This document shows positions 47,241-58,130 of a stretch of DNA of 60,176 bases, piece by piece. The position numbers and the translations under genes were made by a program. Source of the stretch: an uncultured Sulfurospirillum sp. (lineage in GTDB: Bacteria; Campylobacterota; Campylobacteria; Campylobacterales; QNZT01). The stretch spans positions 1-60,176 of the forward strand of contig CAZYZD010000002.1 in the NCBI GenBank assembly GCA_964651755.1, written 5' to 3'. Position 1 is the stretch's first letter; every line of letters begins with the position of its first letter. The notes beneath the pieces were generated by a model. That model did not search any database and had not been told where the DNA came from. It saw only the letters and a program-made list of their open reading frames with translations.

Positions 47241-47888
47241 TTACGGTAACAGTAAATTGATAATTTTCATCATAGGCATAAAAATAATATCGGCAAGAGG
47301 TGTTGCGATAATAAGGATTAAAAGAATCATACCATACTGACCTATTGCCTGGAATTTATTGGCAAATGTATGATAACCCATCTTTTTTGCCTGATATACA
47401 ACAACATGAGAACCATCTAGCGGTGGAATAGGAAGAAGATTAAAAAGTCCAAGAACAACATTATAAACTATTGTATATGTGAGGAATGCATGCAGAAAAT
47501 AATTCCATATGTTATCTATTGGTGAGAGGAGATGTAAAATGATAGTTGCACCAATTGCCATAGTAAAGTTAAAAATAATACCAGCAAGTGAAACAGCAAT
47601 GGCTCCATTATAACCGCCGTTACGTATAACAGTAGGAATATGAATAGGTACCGGTTTCGCCCAGCCGAAAAGGAAACCGGCATCGCTGAAATAGAGAAGT
47701 GCCGGTACAATAATAGTTCCTACAGGGTCAATATGTACCAGAGGATTGATGCTGAGCCTTCCCTGTTGTTTTGCAGTGGAGTCACCATAGTAGTATGCAA
47801 TACGTCCATGCATAATTTCATGTCCGATAATCGCAATGCCCAAAGCCAAAATAATGGCAGCTATTTCAGCTACCTGGGTCTCCTCCAT
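47241..47888 (-). CDS. site-2 protease family (M50) membrane metalloprotease
   Basis: 215 aa. HEIMHG zinc motif within a TM helix and a second NLLPIPPLDG motif. Confidence 0.88.
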   Translation of the reverse strand: MEETQVAEIAAIILALGIAIIGHEIMHGRIAYYYGDSTAKQQGRLSINPLVHIDPVGTIIVPALLYFSDAGFLFGWAKPVPIHIPTVIRNGGYNGAIAVSLAGIIFNFTMAIGATIILHLLSPIDNIWNYFLHAFLTYTIVYNVVLGLFNLLPIPPLDGSHVVVYQAKKMGYHTFANKFQAIGQYGMILLILIIATPLADIIFMPMMKIINLLLP

Positions 47889-48661
47889 TATTCGAGGCTC
47901 ACATTTTTATTGATGTATGCAGGGTCGTCTTGAAGTGTGTCTACAAATTTGCCGATACGATCCCAACGGATTTTATAATCTTTGTCCCATGAAAAGTATA
48001 CAAACCATGGTTTCCCTTCGATAAGGTTATATGGTACAGGTCCCCAGAATCTGCTATCGTTGGAGTGATCTCTGTTGTCACCCATCATGAAAAAATAATC
48101 CTGTTCAATTTTTACTGGAGGAAAGTTGAAAATTTGTTCAGGATATGCACCGTTATCTTTGATTTCGGGATCATTTTGAATCCCTTTAAAGTGCACTCTA
48201 TATGGATTTTTAACCCACAACTCACCAGCCATATCGACAATTACTTCTTTAGGATAGTGTGATTTGATATATTCATTTCCTTCATGTGGTCTGAGATAGA
48301 GTACTTTGTCTTTAACAGCCAGGATATCCCCACCTACAGCGACACAGCGTTTGACAAAGTGCGTTTTGGGATTGAGTGGATAACGAAAAACTACAATATC
48401 GCCTCTTTGGGGACGTTTTCCCTCGATAAGATGACCATTCTGGTTAAAGTCAGGCAAAATTGGAATCTCTACCCATGGAATATGCGGTGTCGGTATACCA
48501 TATGCAAATTTTTTGACAAAAAGATGATCACCGATCAAAAGTGTTCTTTTCATAGAACCGCTGGGAATTACAAATGCTTGTGCTACAAAAAAGATAATCA
48601 AAAGAACAATAATAATCGTACCGGGCCAACTGTTGGCAAATGCTTTAAATTTTTTAATCAT
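47888..48661 (-). CDS. lepB: signal peptidase I
   Basis: 257 aa. IPSGSM (catalytic Ser), KR..., GDNRDHSNDSRFWG boxes. Confidence 0.95.
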   Translation of the reverse strand: MIKKFKAFANSWPGTIIIVLLIIFFVAQAFVIPSGSMKRTLLIGDHLFVKKFAYGIPTPHIPWVEIPILPDFNQNGHLIEGKRPQRGDIVVFRYPLNPKTHFVKRCVAVGGDILAVKDKVLYLRPHEGNEYIKSHYPKEVIVDMAGELWVKNPYRVHFKGIQNDPEIKDNGAYPEQIFNFPPVKIEQDYFFMMGDNRDHSNDSRFWGPVPYNLIEGKPWFVYFSWDKDYKIRWDRIGKFVDTLQDDPAYINKNVSLE

Positions 48662-49504
48662 CTATCGTTTCCTGGCAGCAGTAATAGTATTTACCAAAAG
48701 CATTGCGATTGTCATAGGTCCTACACCACCCGGTACAGGTGTGATGTAGCTGCATTTGGGTGCAACATTTTCATAGTCTACATCCCCGGTAATTTTACCA
48801 TCAGAGGTTTTGTTGATACCTATGTCGATTACGATGGCACCCTCTTTGACCATCTCTTCAGTAATCAGTTTCTCTTTTCCCACACCTACAATCAACAAGT
48901 CAGCTTTTTTCGTATGCTCTTTGAGATCTTTTGTATAAATATGGCAGATATCAACTGTAGCAAATTTATTAAGCAGAAGATGCATCATCGGTTTTCCGAC
49001 AATATTGCTGGCACCGACGACACAAGCATCCATACCTTTTGGATTAATGTCATACTCTTCAAGTAGTTTCATAACACCCAGTGGGGTGCATGGTACGAAA
49101 CACTCCATATCCAATACAAGGTTTCCTACATTGAAAGGGTGAAAGCCGTCAACATCTTTATTTGGAGTAACAGTTTGTAATATTTTGGGTGTATCTATAT
49201 GCGGAGGTAGTGGAAGTTGAATCAAAATACCGTCAATATTGGGATTTTGATTCATCATCTCAATTGTTTCGAGAATTTTTTCTTCAGATATATCACTTGG
49301 CATCTTGTGAATAATTGAATAGATACCAGTCTCTTCGCAAGCTTTTTCTTTCATTTTAACGTATGTATGACTTGCAGGATCATCCCCTACAAGTACAACT
49401 GCGAGACCGGGAGTGATTCCTTTGTTTTTAAGTGCGGCGACATCATCAGCCGCTTTTTTGCGGATTTTTGCGGCAAGCGCTTTGCCATCGAGTATTTGCA
49501 TCAA
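48662..49504 (-). CDS. folD: bifunctional methylenetetrahydrofolate dehydrogenase/cyclohydrolase
   Basis: 280 aa. Typical FolD sequence (PGGVGPMTIAML). Confidence 0.96.
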   Translation of the reverse strand: MMQILDGKALAAKIRKKAADDVAALKNKGITPGLAVVLVGDDPASHTYVKMKEKACEETGIYSIIHKMPSDISEEKILETIEMMNQNPNIDGILIQLPLPPHIDTPKILQTVTPNKDVDGFHPFNVGNLVLDMECFVPCTPLGVMKLLEEYDINPKGMDACVVGASNIVGKPMMHLLLNKFATVDICHIYTKDLKEHTKKADLLIVGVGKEKLITEEMVKEGAIVIDIGINKTSDGKITGDVDYENVAPKCSYITPVPGGVGPMTIAMLLVNTITAARKR

Positions 49505-49559
49505 ATGCCTTTATCGTTTTTTTGATATTATACCATTTTAAATTAAAGGATAGAACCGG

Positions 49560-49934
49560 ATGAGTGTGATCAGGTATCTTCTATTTACGGTGATGACCAC
49601 AGTATTGGCTTTTGCTGCCAAAGAGAGTTTTATTACCGATGATGAATATGCAAAGATGCTATATAAAAATCCCAGAGGTATTAGTTGTGCGAAGTGTCAT
49701 GGTGAAAAAGGTGAAGGTAAAGTTTTGACAACTTATGTCTCCCATGGCAAAGAGTATAAAATTACAGCACCTCCTATTTACAATCTCTCCATGAAACGTT
49801 TTAAACAGGCGTTGAAACGCAAAGGGCGTTTGATGCCGGAATATTTTTTGACGGAATGGGAAATGGCACATTTGTACTACTATCTTCTGACACAAAATCC
49901 AGATTATCAAAAAAACAAAAAGGTAAAACAATGA
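49560..49934 (+). CDS. monoheme c-type cytochrome (c553-like)
   Basis: 124 aa with a signal peptide and a single CAKCH motif. Confidence 0.8.
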   Translation: MSVIRYLLFTVMTTVLAFAAKESFITDDEYAKMLYKNPRGISCAKCHGEKGEGKVLTTYVSHGKEYKITAPPIYNLSMKRFKQALKRKGRLMPEYFLTEWEMAHLYYYLLTQNPDYQKNKKVKQ

Positions 49935-51220
49935 TTCATGATAAATCTTCAGCTGCATTTGAAGCAGCAAAACAAGTGATTCCCGGTGGTGTAGATTCTC
50001 CGGTGAGAGCATTTAAAAGTGTAGGAGGAACACCTGTTTTTATTGACAGAGGAGAGGGTGCTTACCTGATAGATATTGATGGAAATCAATATCTTGATTT
50101 TGTACAGAGCTGGGGACCGTTGATTTTTGGTCATTGCGATAAAGAGATCGAAACAGCGGTGATCGAAAGTGCTAAAAAAGGATTAAGTTTCGGTGCGCCG
50201 ACACTGGTTGAGACTGAGTTGGCAGAAGAAATTGTAGATATGTTTGAAACCATTGATAAAGTACGTTTTGTTTCCAGTGGTACAGAGGCTGTAATGAGTG
50301 CAATTCGCGTAGCAAGAGGATTTACCGGACGGGATGATATTGTTAAATTTGAAGGATGTTATCACGGTCATAGCGACTCTTTGCTGGTGCAGGCGGGAAG
50401 TGGAGCCGTAACGTTTGGAACACCATCTTCTCCGGGGGTACCGGCAGATTTGACAAAACATACACTATTGGCAAAATATAATGATTTGCAAAGTGTCGAA
50501 AAATGTTTTGCTGATGCACCTGATTCTATTGCCTGTGTGATTATTGAACCAATTGCCGGAAATATGGGGCTCGTACCTGCCCAGGAGGAGTTTTTAGAAG
50601 GACTGAGAACACTGTGTGATAAATATGGTGCGTTGTTGATATTTGATGAGGTAATGAGTGGTTTCAGAGCATCATTAAAAGGGGCACAGGGCATTTATAG
50701 CGTTAAGCCTGATCTTGTGACACTAGGAAAAGTAATTGGCGGAGGAATGCCGGTTGGTGCATTTGGCGGGCGTGAAGAGATTATGAACCAGCTCTCTCCG
50801 GATGGACCTATTTATCAGGCAGGTACGTTGAGTGGAAATCCTGTGGCGATGAGTGCAGGACTCGCATCGCTTCGAAAACTCAAAAAAGATCCTTCTCTTT
50901 ATACTACGATGGAACAAAAAGCAACATTACTGGTAGAAGGGTTAAAAACAGCTGCTGCCGCGAATGGGATTGTATTACAGATTGATGTGCGTGGGAGTAT
51001 GTTTGGTTTCTTTTTCAATGAGAAAGAAGTATACAATTTTGATGATGCATTAAATTCGGATACTGAACTTTTTGCAAAGTTTCACCAGGGAATGTTGAAT
51101 GAAGGTGTCTATTTTGCATGCAGCCAGTTTGAAACAGGTTTTATATCTGCGGCTATGACTGAAGAGATGATATTTTCTGTTATCGATAAGGCACAGAAAG
51201 TCTTTAAAGAGATTTCATGA
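49931..51220 (+). CDS. hemL: glutamate-1-semialdehyde 2,1-aminomutase
   Basis: 429 aa starting at MIHDKSS. The ATG overlaps the cytochrome stop (ATGA). [12 protein letters not shown] and PLP-Lys region LGKVIGGG. Confidence 0.95.
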   Translation: MIHDKSSAAFEAAKQVIPGGVDSPVRAFKSVGGTPVFIDRGEGAYLIDIDGNQYLDFVQSWGPLIFGHCDKEIETAVIESAKKGLSFGAPTLVETELAEEIVDMFETIDKVRFVSSGTEAVMSAIRVARGFTGRDDIVKFEGCYHGHSDSLLVQAGSGAVTFGTPSSPGVPADLTKHTLLAKYNDLQSVEKCFADAPDSIACVIIEPIAGNMGLVPAQEEFLEGLRTLCDKYGALLIFDEVMSGFRASLKGAQGIYSVKPDLVTLGKVIGGGMPVGAFGGREEIMNQLSPDGPIYQAGTLSGNPVAMSAGLASLRKLKKDPSLYTTMEQKATLLVEGLKTAAAANGIVLQIDVRGSMFGFFFNEKEVYNFDDALNSDTELFAKFHQGMLNEGVYFACSQFETGFISAAMTEEMIFSVIDKAQKVFKEIS

Positions 51221-51522
51221 ACAAGAATGAAAAAGAGCCGAAGTATCAAAAGATTATAGAGGGAGCAGATCAGCTCTCTCTTGGAATTTCAATTGTTGTA
51301 GCCATTTTACTGGGAATAGGGATCGGTATCTTGATGCGCAAATATCTTGGTTATGATTGGCTTTTTTGGTTGGGTGTTTTCTGGGGTATTGCTGCGGCAA
51401 TACTGAATATCAGGAAAGCATACAAAAAACAGAAAGCAGAACTGGACAAGCTTAAAGATGATCCCCGGTATAAACATTACAATAAAATAGATGACGATGA
51501 TGATGAGGATGATCAGTATTAA
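51217..51522 (+). CDS. AtpZ/AtpI-like small membrane protein with poly-Asp tail
   Basis: 101 aa with two TM helices in an AtpZ-like pattern. C-terminal [10 protein letters not shown]. Confidence 0.5.
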   Translation: MNKNEKEPKYQKIIEGADQLSLGISIVVAILLGIGIGILMRKYLGYDWLFWLGVFWGIAAAILNIRKAYKKQKAELDKLKDDPRYKHYNKIDDDDDEDDQY

Positions 51523-52030
51523 AAAGTTACTTTACTGGATTGTAGTAGTTGACCTTTTTTTGATTGCTTTTTCTCTCAATCAGGGGATCAACTGGCTGAT
51601 TAGTTCGCAGACGGCATTTATCTCCTCTTTACTTGTAACCCTTGCATCCTTTTATGCATATAAACTGTTAGTTCATAAAAAGATTGAAAGTGGTGATATC
51701 CCTGAAGAAGATCGGGACGAACTGGATATTATTGAAGATAAACATGAACTTTATGATGAAGCTCATACAGAAAATGTGACAGAAGATTTGAAGGCAGTAA
51801 TCAAAGAGGAGCGGGCAAAGATTGGCGGGATTAAAAACAGTGCACAAAATATTGCAAAAAGTTTTTCTGCTATTTTTTCACCATTACGTGTGGTTGCTTA
51901 TATTGTGCTGGTACTTGGTTTTTTATATATCAACAGACACGGATATCTTGAAATATGGGCTTATGTTATAGGTTTAATGGTTGTTCCTCTGGTATCTTTG
52001 GTAGCAGGAAAAAAAGAGTTGAAAGGGTAA
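51491..52030 (+). CDS. hypothetical membrane protein
   Basis: About 173-179 aa and 4 predicted TM helices. The start lies among five in-frame ATGs inside the upstream Asp-codon run. Confidence 0.55.
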   Translation: MTMMMRMISIKKLLYWIVVVDLFLIAFSLNQGINWLISSQTAFISSLLVTLASFYAYKLLVHKKIESGDIPEEDRDELDIIEDKHELYDEAHTENVTEDLKAVIKEERAKIGGIKNSAQNIAKSFSAIFSPLRVVAYIVLVLGFLYINRHGYLEIWAYVIGLMVVPLVSLVAGKKELKG

Positions 52031-52054
52031 GCGTAAAACGGAAATGAATCCGCT

Positions 52055-53887
52055 TTACTCTTCGATATAGTTTTTGAGTTTTCTACCCACTTTAGGGTGT
52101 TTGAGCTTTTTGATAGCGGAGTTTTCGATTTGTCTGACACGTTCTCTGGTAACATTTAACTCTTTACCGATCTCTTCAAGCGTTCTGTCACTCTCATCGT
52201 CAAGCAATCCGAATCGCATACGTACAACAGCTCTTTCTCTCTCATTAAGTTGATCTAAAACATCGTCGATTTGATGTTTAAGGTCATTTTTAAGCATAAA
52301 TTCTATTGGTGCGACTGATTTTTTATCTTCAACAAAGTCACCGAATTTACCATCATCTTCATTACCGATAGGTGCTTCAAGAGAGATAGGCTCTTTGGTG
52401 ATTTTGATTACATTTTTGACTTTATCGACACTGAGACCTACTTCTTCCGCAATCTGTTCAAGATCCGGCTCTTTTCCAAACTCCTGAAGGTATTTACGCG
52501 TAATTTTATTGATACGGTTTATTGTCTCAATCATATGAATCGGAATACGAATTGTTTTTGCCTGATCGGCAATAGCACGGCTGATTGCCTGTCTGATCCA
52601 CCATGTCGCATATGTTGAAAACTTGTATCCTTTTTTATATTCAAATTTATCAACTGCTTTCATCAAACCGATATTTCCTTCCTGGATCAGATCAAGGAAA
52701 GGAAGTCCTCTGTTGGTATATCTTTTGGCAATAGAAACAACAAGTCTAAGGTTCGATTTTGCCATTCTTGTTTTGGCTTTGTCGGCAATAGCTTTACCCC
52801 GTTTGATTTGTTCAAGAATCTCTTTCAAACGTTCTGGTTCAAGATCAAAACTGTCTTTACTGGCTTCTTTGGTCTGGAAAAGCTTTTTAATCTCCATATA
52901 GGTGGAAACCATTGTTGCCTCAGGAACTGCAGCTAGAATATCCTCTTTGCTCATATTGGTAATATTTGCCAGAATTTTCTGGTGATTCTCTTTTAGTGTA
53001 TCATTAAAAAGAGGGAGTTTATATTCAAGTTTTTTCAACTCTTTCTCAAAACCGTCATCTGTTTTAAGTGCAGTTTCCATAGATTTTACAAGTTCATTGA
53101 TGAGTTTACTGGTAGGACCAAGATCCATCAACTTTTCTTTAAGAAGTTTTTTCTTATAAGCAAGGGCTAAAAGATGTTTGATTTTCTCTTCCTCACTTGC
53201 ATTTTCATCCAGCTCAACAGAAGAGATTTTAACCCAGTCTTTTTTTGCTTTTTCCAAAGCTTTAAAGGCTTCATTTACCTTTTTCTCGCGTTTGGTATCA
53301 CCCTTTTTAAGAGGGGTATCTGTATCTTCACTCTCTTCCTCTGTGTCGTCACTTTGTTCGTCATCATCAAAGTTTTTAAAGAGTTCTTTGACACGCCTTT
53401 CACGATTGATCAGTGCCTCTTTGTAGTCCAGAATAAAATCGATCAGATATGGAACAGAGCAGAAAGCATCGATAATAATATCTTCACCAAGCTCTATTTT
53501 TTTACTGATTTCAATCTCTTCCTCTTTTGTCAAAAGTGGTACTTGCCCCATTTCCCGGAGATACATACGTACAGGTGAATCACTGCGTGACCATTCAAGA
53601 AGTTCTTTCTCTTTTGCCAGGTCAAATTCGTTTTCAAGGGCTTCATCCTGAAGCTTCTGGCGTTCCTCTTCTCTTTGCTGTGCTTCCTGAATATTTTTGA
53701 TTTTTGCAATTTCCGCAGAGGATACGATTTTGACGTTGTATTTTTTTAGAAGTGAGAGTACTTTTTTTGCGTTGGCAGCAGTCGGTTGCTTGGGAAAAAG
53801 ATCCATCAACTCTTCATAGGTAACATAGTCGTCTTGATGGCTACTAAAAAGTTCTTCAAGTGCTTTATTTAATTCTTTTGCAGACAT
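52055..53887 (-). CDS. rpoD: RNA polymerase primary sigma factor
   Basis: 610 aa. Regions 1.2-4.2 are recognisable ([16 protein letters not shown]) with an acidic non-conserved insert. Confidence 0.97.
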   Translation of the reverse strand: MSAKELNKALEELFSSHQDDYVTYEELMDLFPKQPTAANAKKVLSLLKKYNVKIVSSAEIAKIKNIQEAQQREEERQKLQDEALENEFDLAKEKELLEWSRSDSPVRMYLREMGQVPLLTKEEEIEISKKIELGEDIIIDAFCSVPYLIDFILDYKEALINRERRVKELFKNFDDDEQSDDTEEESEDTDTPLKKGDTKREKKVNEAFKALEKAKKDWVKISSVELDENASEEEKIKHLLALAYKKKLLKEKLMDLGPTSKLINELVKSMETALKTDDGFEKELKKLEYKLPLFNDTLKENHQKILANITNMSKEDILAAVPEATMVSTYMEIKKLFQTKEASKDSFDLEPERLKEILEQIKRGKAIADKAKTRMAKSNLRLVVSIAKRYTNRGLPFLDLIQEGNIGLMKAVDKFEYKKGYKFSTYATWWIRQAISRAIADQAKTIRIPIHMIETINRINKITRKYLQEFGKEPDLEQIAEEVGLSVDKVKNVIKITKEPISLEAPIGNEDDGKFGDFVEDKKSVAPIEFMLKNDLKHQIDDVLDQLNERERAVVRMRFGLLDDESDRTLEEIGKELNVTRERVRQIENSAIKKLKHPKVGRKLKNYIEE

Positions 53888-54053
53888 AGTTCTGTATCCC
53901 CTCTTGTCTTTAACTGGGAAGAAGTCAAAAAAAATTTGTTCTTTTTACCGTTTGACTTTGATTTAAGCCAGAAATTATACCCAAAAAATCTTATATAATG
54001 TTTAAATAAAGGGGTTTTTGAGAGTTTTAAGGCTAATTTCATTTCATGAAAGT

Positions 54054-54069
54054 TGGCACGTTTTATGCT
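54054..54069 (+). promoter_or_regulatory. sigma54 (RpoN) promoter TGGCACG-N4-ATGCT upstream of flgF-flgG
   Basis: GG and GC elements are separated by 10 nt. Sits 60 nt upstream of the flgF ATG. Rod/hook genes are RpoN-dependent in Campylobacter/Helicobacter. Confidence 0.7.
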
Positions 54070-54128
54070 TCATAGAGAATAAAATGCAATGCAAATTGTA
54101 CAATATTTTTAAAAAATCAGGGATATAA

Positions 54129-54941
54129 ATGCAAAGTGGATATTATCAGGTAACAGGTGCGATGGTAGTTCAGTTTAATAAACTGGATGTTATTTCCAAT
54201 AACCTTGCCAATGTTAATACTTCAGGATTCAGACGAGACAATGTGATTGTTGGAGATTTTGAGCGTATTTATCAGGAAAAAAGAGACATCTTACCACTGG
54301 ATAATCATACTACAGATGCAGCAAAATTTTTTAATCGTACGGTAAACAGAACGCCTCGCATTGTAGATCAGTATACAGATTTTTCTTCAATGCGACTTCG
54401 TCATACAGGAAATAGCCTGGATTTTGCACTAAACGAACCGGATCTTTTTTTCGCTGTTGAAACACCCCAGGGAGTGCGTTTAACGCAGCAGAGTAGTTTC
54501 AATATCAACTCAGATGGAGATATTGTAACCAAAGAGGGATATAAACTTTTGCCAGATGATTTTGTCAATACCCAAAACAGAAATATTCATGTACCGCAGG
54601 GAACAGCACTTTATCTTAGTGATGACGGTACACTTTCTATGGATGGAGAGAAACTTGCAAAGTTATTTATTGCAAGAGTAAAGAATACAAATCTTTTGCA
54701 GAAAGAGGGAGATACACTCTATAAAATGAAAGATATTGAAAAAAATATTATCCAGGTAAATAGAGGCAGTAACTATGTAAAACAGGGTTTTCAGCAGATC
54801 AGTAATGTCAATGCTGTCGAAGAGATGGTAGCCTTGATTGAGACTAACCGCCTTGTAGAGATGTATCAGCGTGTTATGACAACGCAGATGGATGAATTAA
54901 ATAAAGATGCCATTACAAAATTGCCTACAACAAGAGCATAA
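54129..54941 (+). CDS. flgF: flagellar basal-body rod protein FlgF/FlgG2
   Basis: 270 aa. N-terminal rod motif SNNLANVNTSGF and conserved C-terminal VNAVEEMVALIETNR. Confidence 0.85.
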   Translation: MQSGYYQVTGAMVVQFNKLDVISNNLANVNTSGFRRDNVIVGDFERIYQEKRDILPLDNHTTDAAKFFNRTVNRTPRIVDQYTDFSSMRLRHTGNSLDFALNEPDLFFAVETPQGVRLTQQSSFNINSDGDIVTKEGYKLLPDDFVNTQNRNIHVPQGTALYLSDDGTLSMDGEKLAKLFIARVKNTNLLQKEGDTLYKMKDIEKNIIQVNRGSNYVKQGFQQISNVNAVEEMVALIETNRLVEMYQRVMTTQMDELNKDAITKLPTTRA

Positions 54942-54957
54942 AATAAGGAAATAAAAG

Positions 54958-55746
54958 ATGATTAGATCGCTTTATACTGCTGCTACAGGAATGCTGGCGC
55001 AACAGACGCAAATTGATACAACATCAAACAATATTGCCAATGTAAATACAATTGGTTATAAAAAACAGAGGGCAGAATTTGCAGATCTCTTTTATCAGGT
55101 AATGGAGTATGCTGGTGTTGGTTCCGGTACGACACTGGGATCACCGACAGGTATAGAAGTTGGTCTTGGTGTACGTCCTACGGCGATTACCAAGCAGTTT
55201 ACACAGGGTAACTTTAAAGAGACGGGCAACAATCTGGATCTTGCCATTACCGGTAACGGTTTTTTTCAAATTGAACTTCCCGACGGTTCTACAGCATATA
55301 CCAGAAACGGTGCTTTCAAAGTAGATGGTAACGGTACAGTGGTAAATGCAGATGGATATAAACTTTTGCCTGAAATTACTATACCACCAAATGCTGTAAC
55401 AGTTGCGATTGGTACAGATGGTACAGTTTCGGTACTACAGGCTGGTGATACTGATCCAAACCAGGTGGGACAGATTGAACTTGCTAACTTCATCAATCCT
55501 GCAGGTCTTCATTCGCTGGGTGATAATAATTATATCCAGACAGTTGCTTCCGGAGATGCTGTTACAGGTATTGCCGGACTAGAAGGGTTGGGGCAGATTA
55601 AACAGGGGTTCGTGGAGATGAGTAATGTCCAGCTGGTGGAAGAGATGACAGATTTGATTACCGGACAAAGAGCCTATGAAGCGAACTCCAAGGCAATTAC
55701 AACATCTGATGAAATGTTACAGACAGTGAATCAGTTAAAACGATAA
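54958..55746 (+). CDS. flgG: flagellar distal rod protein FlgG
   Basis: 262 aa. MIRSLYTAATGM...SNNIANVNTIGYK and C-terminal SNVQLVEEMTDLITGQRAYEANSK. Confidence 0.95.
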   Translation: MIRSLYTAATGMLAQQTQIDTTSNNIANVNTIGYKKQRAEFADLFYQVMEYAGVGSGTTLGSPTGIEVGLGVRPTAITKQFTQGNFKETGNNLDLAITGNGFFQIELPDGSTAYTRNGAFKVDGNGTVVNADGYKLLPEITIPPNAVTVAIGTDGTVSVLQAGDTDPNQVGQIELANFINPAGLHSLGDNNYIQTVASGDAVTGIAGLEGLGQIKQGFVEMSNVQLVEEMTDLITGQRAYEANSKAITTSDEMLQTVNQLKR

Positions 55747-55767
55747 CAAAAGAGGGAGTTAAACTAA

Positions 55768-55908
55768 ATGGATAAAATTATTATAATACCTACAGCGCTG
55801 ATTTTTGCAGGAATGATAGCTACACTTTTCTTTTTTCTTGGCGTAGAATATCTTTTTAATCGTTCTGAGTTTAAAGAACTGGATGAACTCGAAAAAAAAC
55901 TTTATTGA
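55768..55908 (+). CDS. small single-TM protein (46 aa), not in the ORF track
   Basis: AGAGGGAG RBS about 10 nt upstream. MDKIIIIPTALIFAGMIATLFFFLGVEYLFNRSEFKELDELEKKLY. Starts 22 nt after the flgG stop. Confidence 0.45.
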   Translation: MDKIIIIPTALIFAGMIATLFFFLGVEYLFNRSEFKELDELEKKLY

Positions 55909-55991
55909 GGGATTTAAAATAAACTTTTACATACTTTTGTGTTTTTTTGGGTAGAATATCACAATTTTAGATTAATACACAAAGGTATGTT

Positions 55992-56495
55992 ATGAACATC
56001 ATTACAGGCAATGTCTGGAAATTTGGCGACAATATAGATACCGACTTGATTATTGCCGCACGTTATTTAAATACTTCAGATCCGCATAAACTTGCAGAAC
56101 ATGTGATGGAGGATGCCGATCCTGAATTTATTACCAAATTAAAACCCGGGGATATTATCGTTGCAGGTGAAAACTTTGGGTGCGGAAGCAGCCGCGAACA
56201 TGCGCCGATTGCTTTGAAAGCGGCAGGTGTTTCTGCTATCGTTGCAAAAAGTTTTGCACGTATTTTTTACCGAAATGCTTTCAATATGGGACTTCCGATC
56301 TTTGAACTTAAAGAGAGTGATGAAATATCTGAAGGGGATTTGATTAAAATCGATCTTGATAGTGGAGAGATTGAAAATCTTACACAAAAAAATAGTTTCT
56401 CTTTTACTCCTATTCCTCCTTTTATGCAAGAACTTATCAACTGTGGCGGTTTAATCAATTTTGCCAAAGCTGAGATGATGCAGGAGGGGAAATAA
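55992..56495 (+). CDS. leuD: 3-isopropylmalate dehydratase small subunit
   Basis: 167 aa. GDNIDTD and [14 protein letters not shown] motifs. Confidence 0.95.
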   Translation: MNIITGNVWKFGDNIDTDLIIAARYLNTSDPHKLAEHVMEDADPEFITKLKPGDIIVAGENFGCGSSREHAPIALKAAGVSAIVAKSFARIFYRNAFNMGLPIFELKESDEISEGDLIKIDLDSGEIENLTQKNSFSFTPIPPFMQELINCGGLINFAKAEMMQEGK

Positions 56496-56497
56496 AT

Positions 56498-57571
56498 ATG
56501 GCTAAAGTTTATAAAATTGCAGTTATCAAAGGTGACGGTATAGGTCCTGAAATTGTAGATGAAGCGATAAAAGTACTTGATGCATTGGCTTCAGTGTGTG
56601 ATTTTGATTTTCGCTATAAAGAGTTATTGATGGGTGGTAATGCCTATGATATTACCGGCGATCCGTTACCTCAGGAGACTATTGACGGTTGCAGAGAAGC
56701 AGATGCTATTTTATTTGGTGCTATCGGTGGTGAAAAATGGGATAATCTGCCACGGGATAAGCGTCCTGAGACTGGTTTGCTGAAACTGCGAAGTGCTTTG
56801 GAACTTTATGCCAATTATCGCCCAGTAAAAGTTTATGATGAACTTGTTGATGCAAGTACTTTAAAAAAAGAGGTTATTGAAGGTGTTGATTTACTGGTAA
56901 TGCGTGAGTTGACCGGTGGACTTTATTTTGGGCAACCGCGTGAAAAAGGGGAAGAGAAAGCGTTCAATACAATGGTGTATACCAAAGAGGAGATTGTTCG
57001 TATTGCAAAAGAGGCATTTGAAGCTGCGATGAAAAGAGATAAACGTGTCTGTTCAGTTGATAAAGCCAATGTTCTGGAAGTAAGTCAATTTTGGAGAGAA
57101 ACAGTTGAAGAAGTTGCTGAAAATTATCCTGAAGTAAAACTTACCCATATGTATGTGGATAATGCCGCTATGCAGCTCGTGCGCAATCCAAAGCAGTTTG
57201 ATGTAATACTCACCGGTAATATTTTTGGTGATATTTTGAGTGATGAAGCGAGTATGATCAGTGGTTCTATAGGATTACTGCCATCTGCCTCTGTTGGTGG
57301 AAAAGTGGGGCTTTATGAGCCAATACACGGTTCTGCACCGGATATAGCAGGGCAGGGGATTGCAAACCCTATTGCAACGATTGCAAGTGCTGCGATGATG
57401 CTTCGTTTTTCACTTGGAGAAGAGCATGCTGCTGACAGAATAGACCAGGCAATTGATCAGGTATTGAAAGAGGGGTATCGCACGAAAGATATCGCAGATT
57501 ACGGTGCCAAAGAGGTTTGTTCTACAACGGAGATCGGCTCCTATATCGCCGAATATGTTTCGAAAATCTGA
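56498..57571 (+). CDS. leuB: 3-isopropylmalate dehydrogenase
   Basis: 357 aa. [25 protein letters not shown] signature. Confidence 0.96.
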   Translation: MAKVYKIAVIKGDGIGPEIVDEAIKVLDALASVCDFDFRYKELLMGGNAYDITGDPLPQETIDGCREADAILFGAIGGEKWDNLPRDKRPETGLLKLRSALELYANYRPVKVYDELVDASTLKKEVIEGVDLLVMRELTGGLYFGQPREKGEEKAFNTMVYTKEEIVRIAKEAFEAAMKRDKRVCSVDKANVLEVSQFWRETVEEVAENYPEVKLTHMYVDNAAMQLVRNPKQFDVILTGNIFGDILSDEASMISGSIGLLPSASVGGKVGLYEPIHGSAPDIAGQGIANPIATIASAAMMLRFSLGEEHAADRIDQAIDQVLKEGYRTKDIADYGAKEVCSTTEIGSYIAEYVSKI

Positions 57572-57798
57572 TGAGTACGATAACACTCGCAAAAATTTAT
57601 GAAAAACAGGGACACCTGGCAGATGCACTGAAAATATATGAGGCGCATTTGCAGAAAAATCCAAAAGATGAAGCCCTGAAAGAAGCGGTGATACGGTTAA
57701 AAAAGGTAAATACCAAAGCATTGAAATATTTTATGGAGATGCATACTGAAGAGCAATTTTTAAAATTTGAAAGGTGGCTTTGTAAATCATGGAATTAA
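57571..57798 (+). CDS. small TPR-like protein
   Basis: 75 aa. AKIYEKQGHLADALKIYEAHLQKNPKD resembles a single TPR. The ATG overlaps the leuB stop (TGATG). Confidence 0.5.
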   Translation: MSTITLAKIYEKQGHLADALKIYEAHLQKNPKDEALKEAVIRLKKVNTKALKYFMEMHTEEQFLKFERWLCKSWN

Positions 57799-58130
57799 GA
57801 GACCTGGTACTCTCCACACTGGAAGAACTTGATGACCGTATTGCCAAAGAAGAGGAAATCAAAGCAAAGATTATTGAACTGGAGGAAGAGGAAAAGAGAG
57901 AAATTCAAAATCCTGTTTCTGATTCTGACGAAGAAAATCGTGTTATAGTCAAACGCAGTGATGATGAACTTGCGTTTTTGCGTCACACCAAGGAGCGTCT
58001 CGAGACTCTTTTTGAAGGTTTAAAATCTTCAGAGATCAAAGATCCTGAGGCAAAACTTGAATTGACATTAAAATATTTGCAGCTCCTTCTGGCGCAAGTC
58101 AATGAGAGAGTTGCCGAAATAAAGTCTTAA
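57789..58130 (+). CDS. hypothetical acidic coiled-coil protein
   Basis: 113 aa, Glu/Lys-rich. Overlaps the upstream ORF by 10 nt and abuts the patatin ATG. Confidence 0.5.
   Translation: MELRDLVLSTLEELDDRIAKEEEIKAKIIELEEEEKREIQNPVSDSDEENRVIVKRSDDELAFLRHTKERLETLFEGLKSSEIKDPEAKLELTLKYLQLLLAQVNERVAEIKS

Noticed and set aside
48284-49066. 260-aa plus-strand ORF spanning the lepB/folD junction
   Set aside because: It is codon-aligned antisense to both genes, which share the same phase. No RBS, and the sequence is implausible for a protein.
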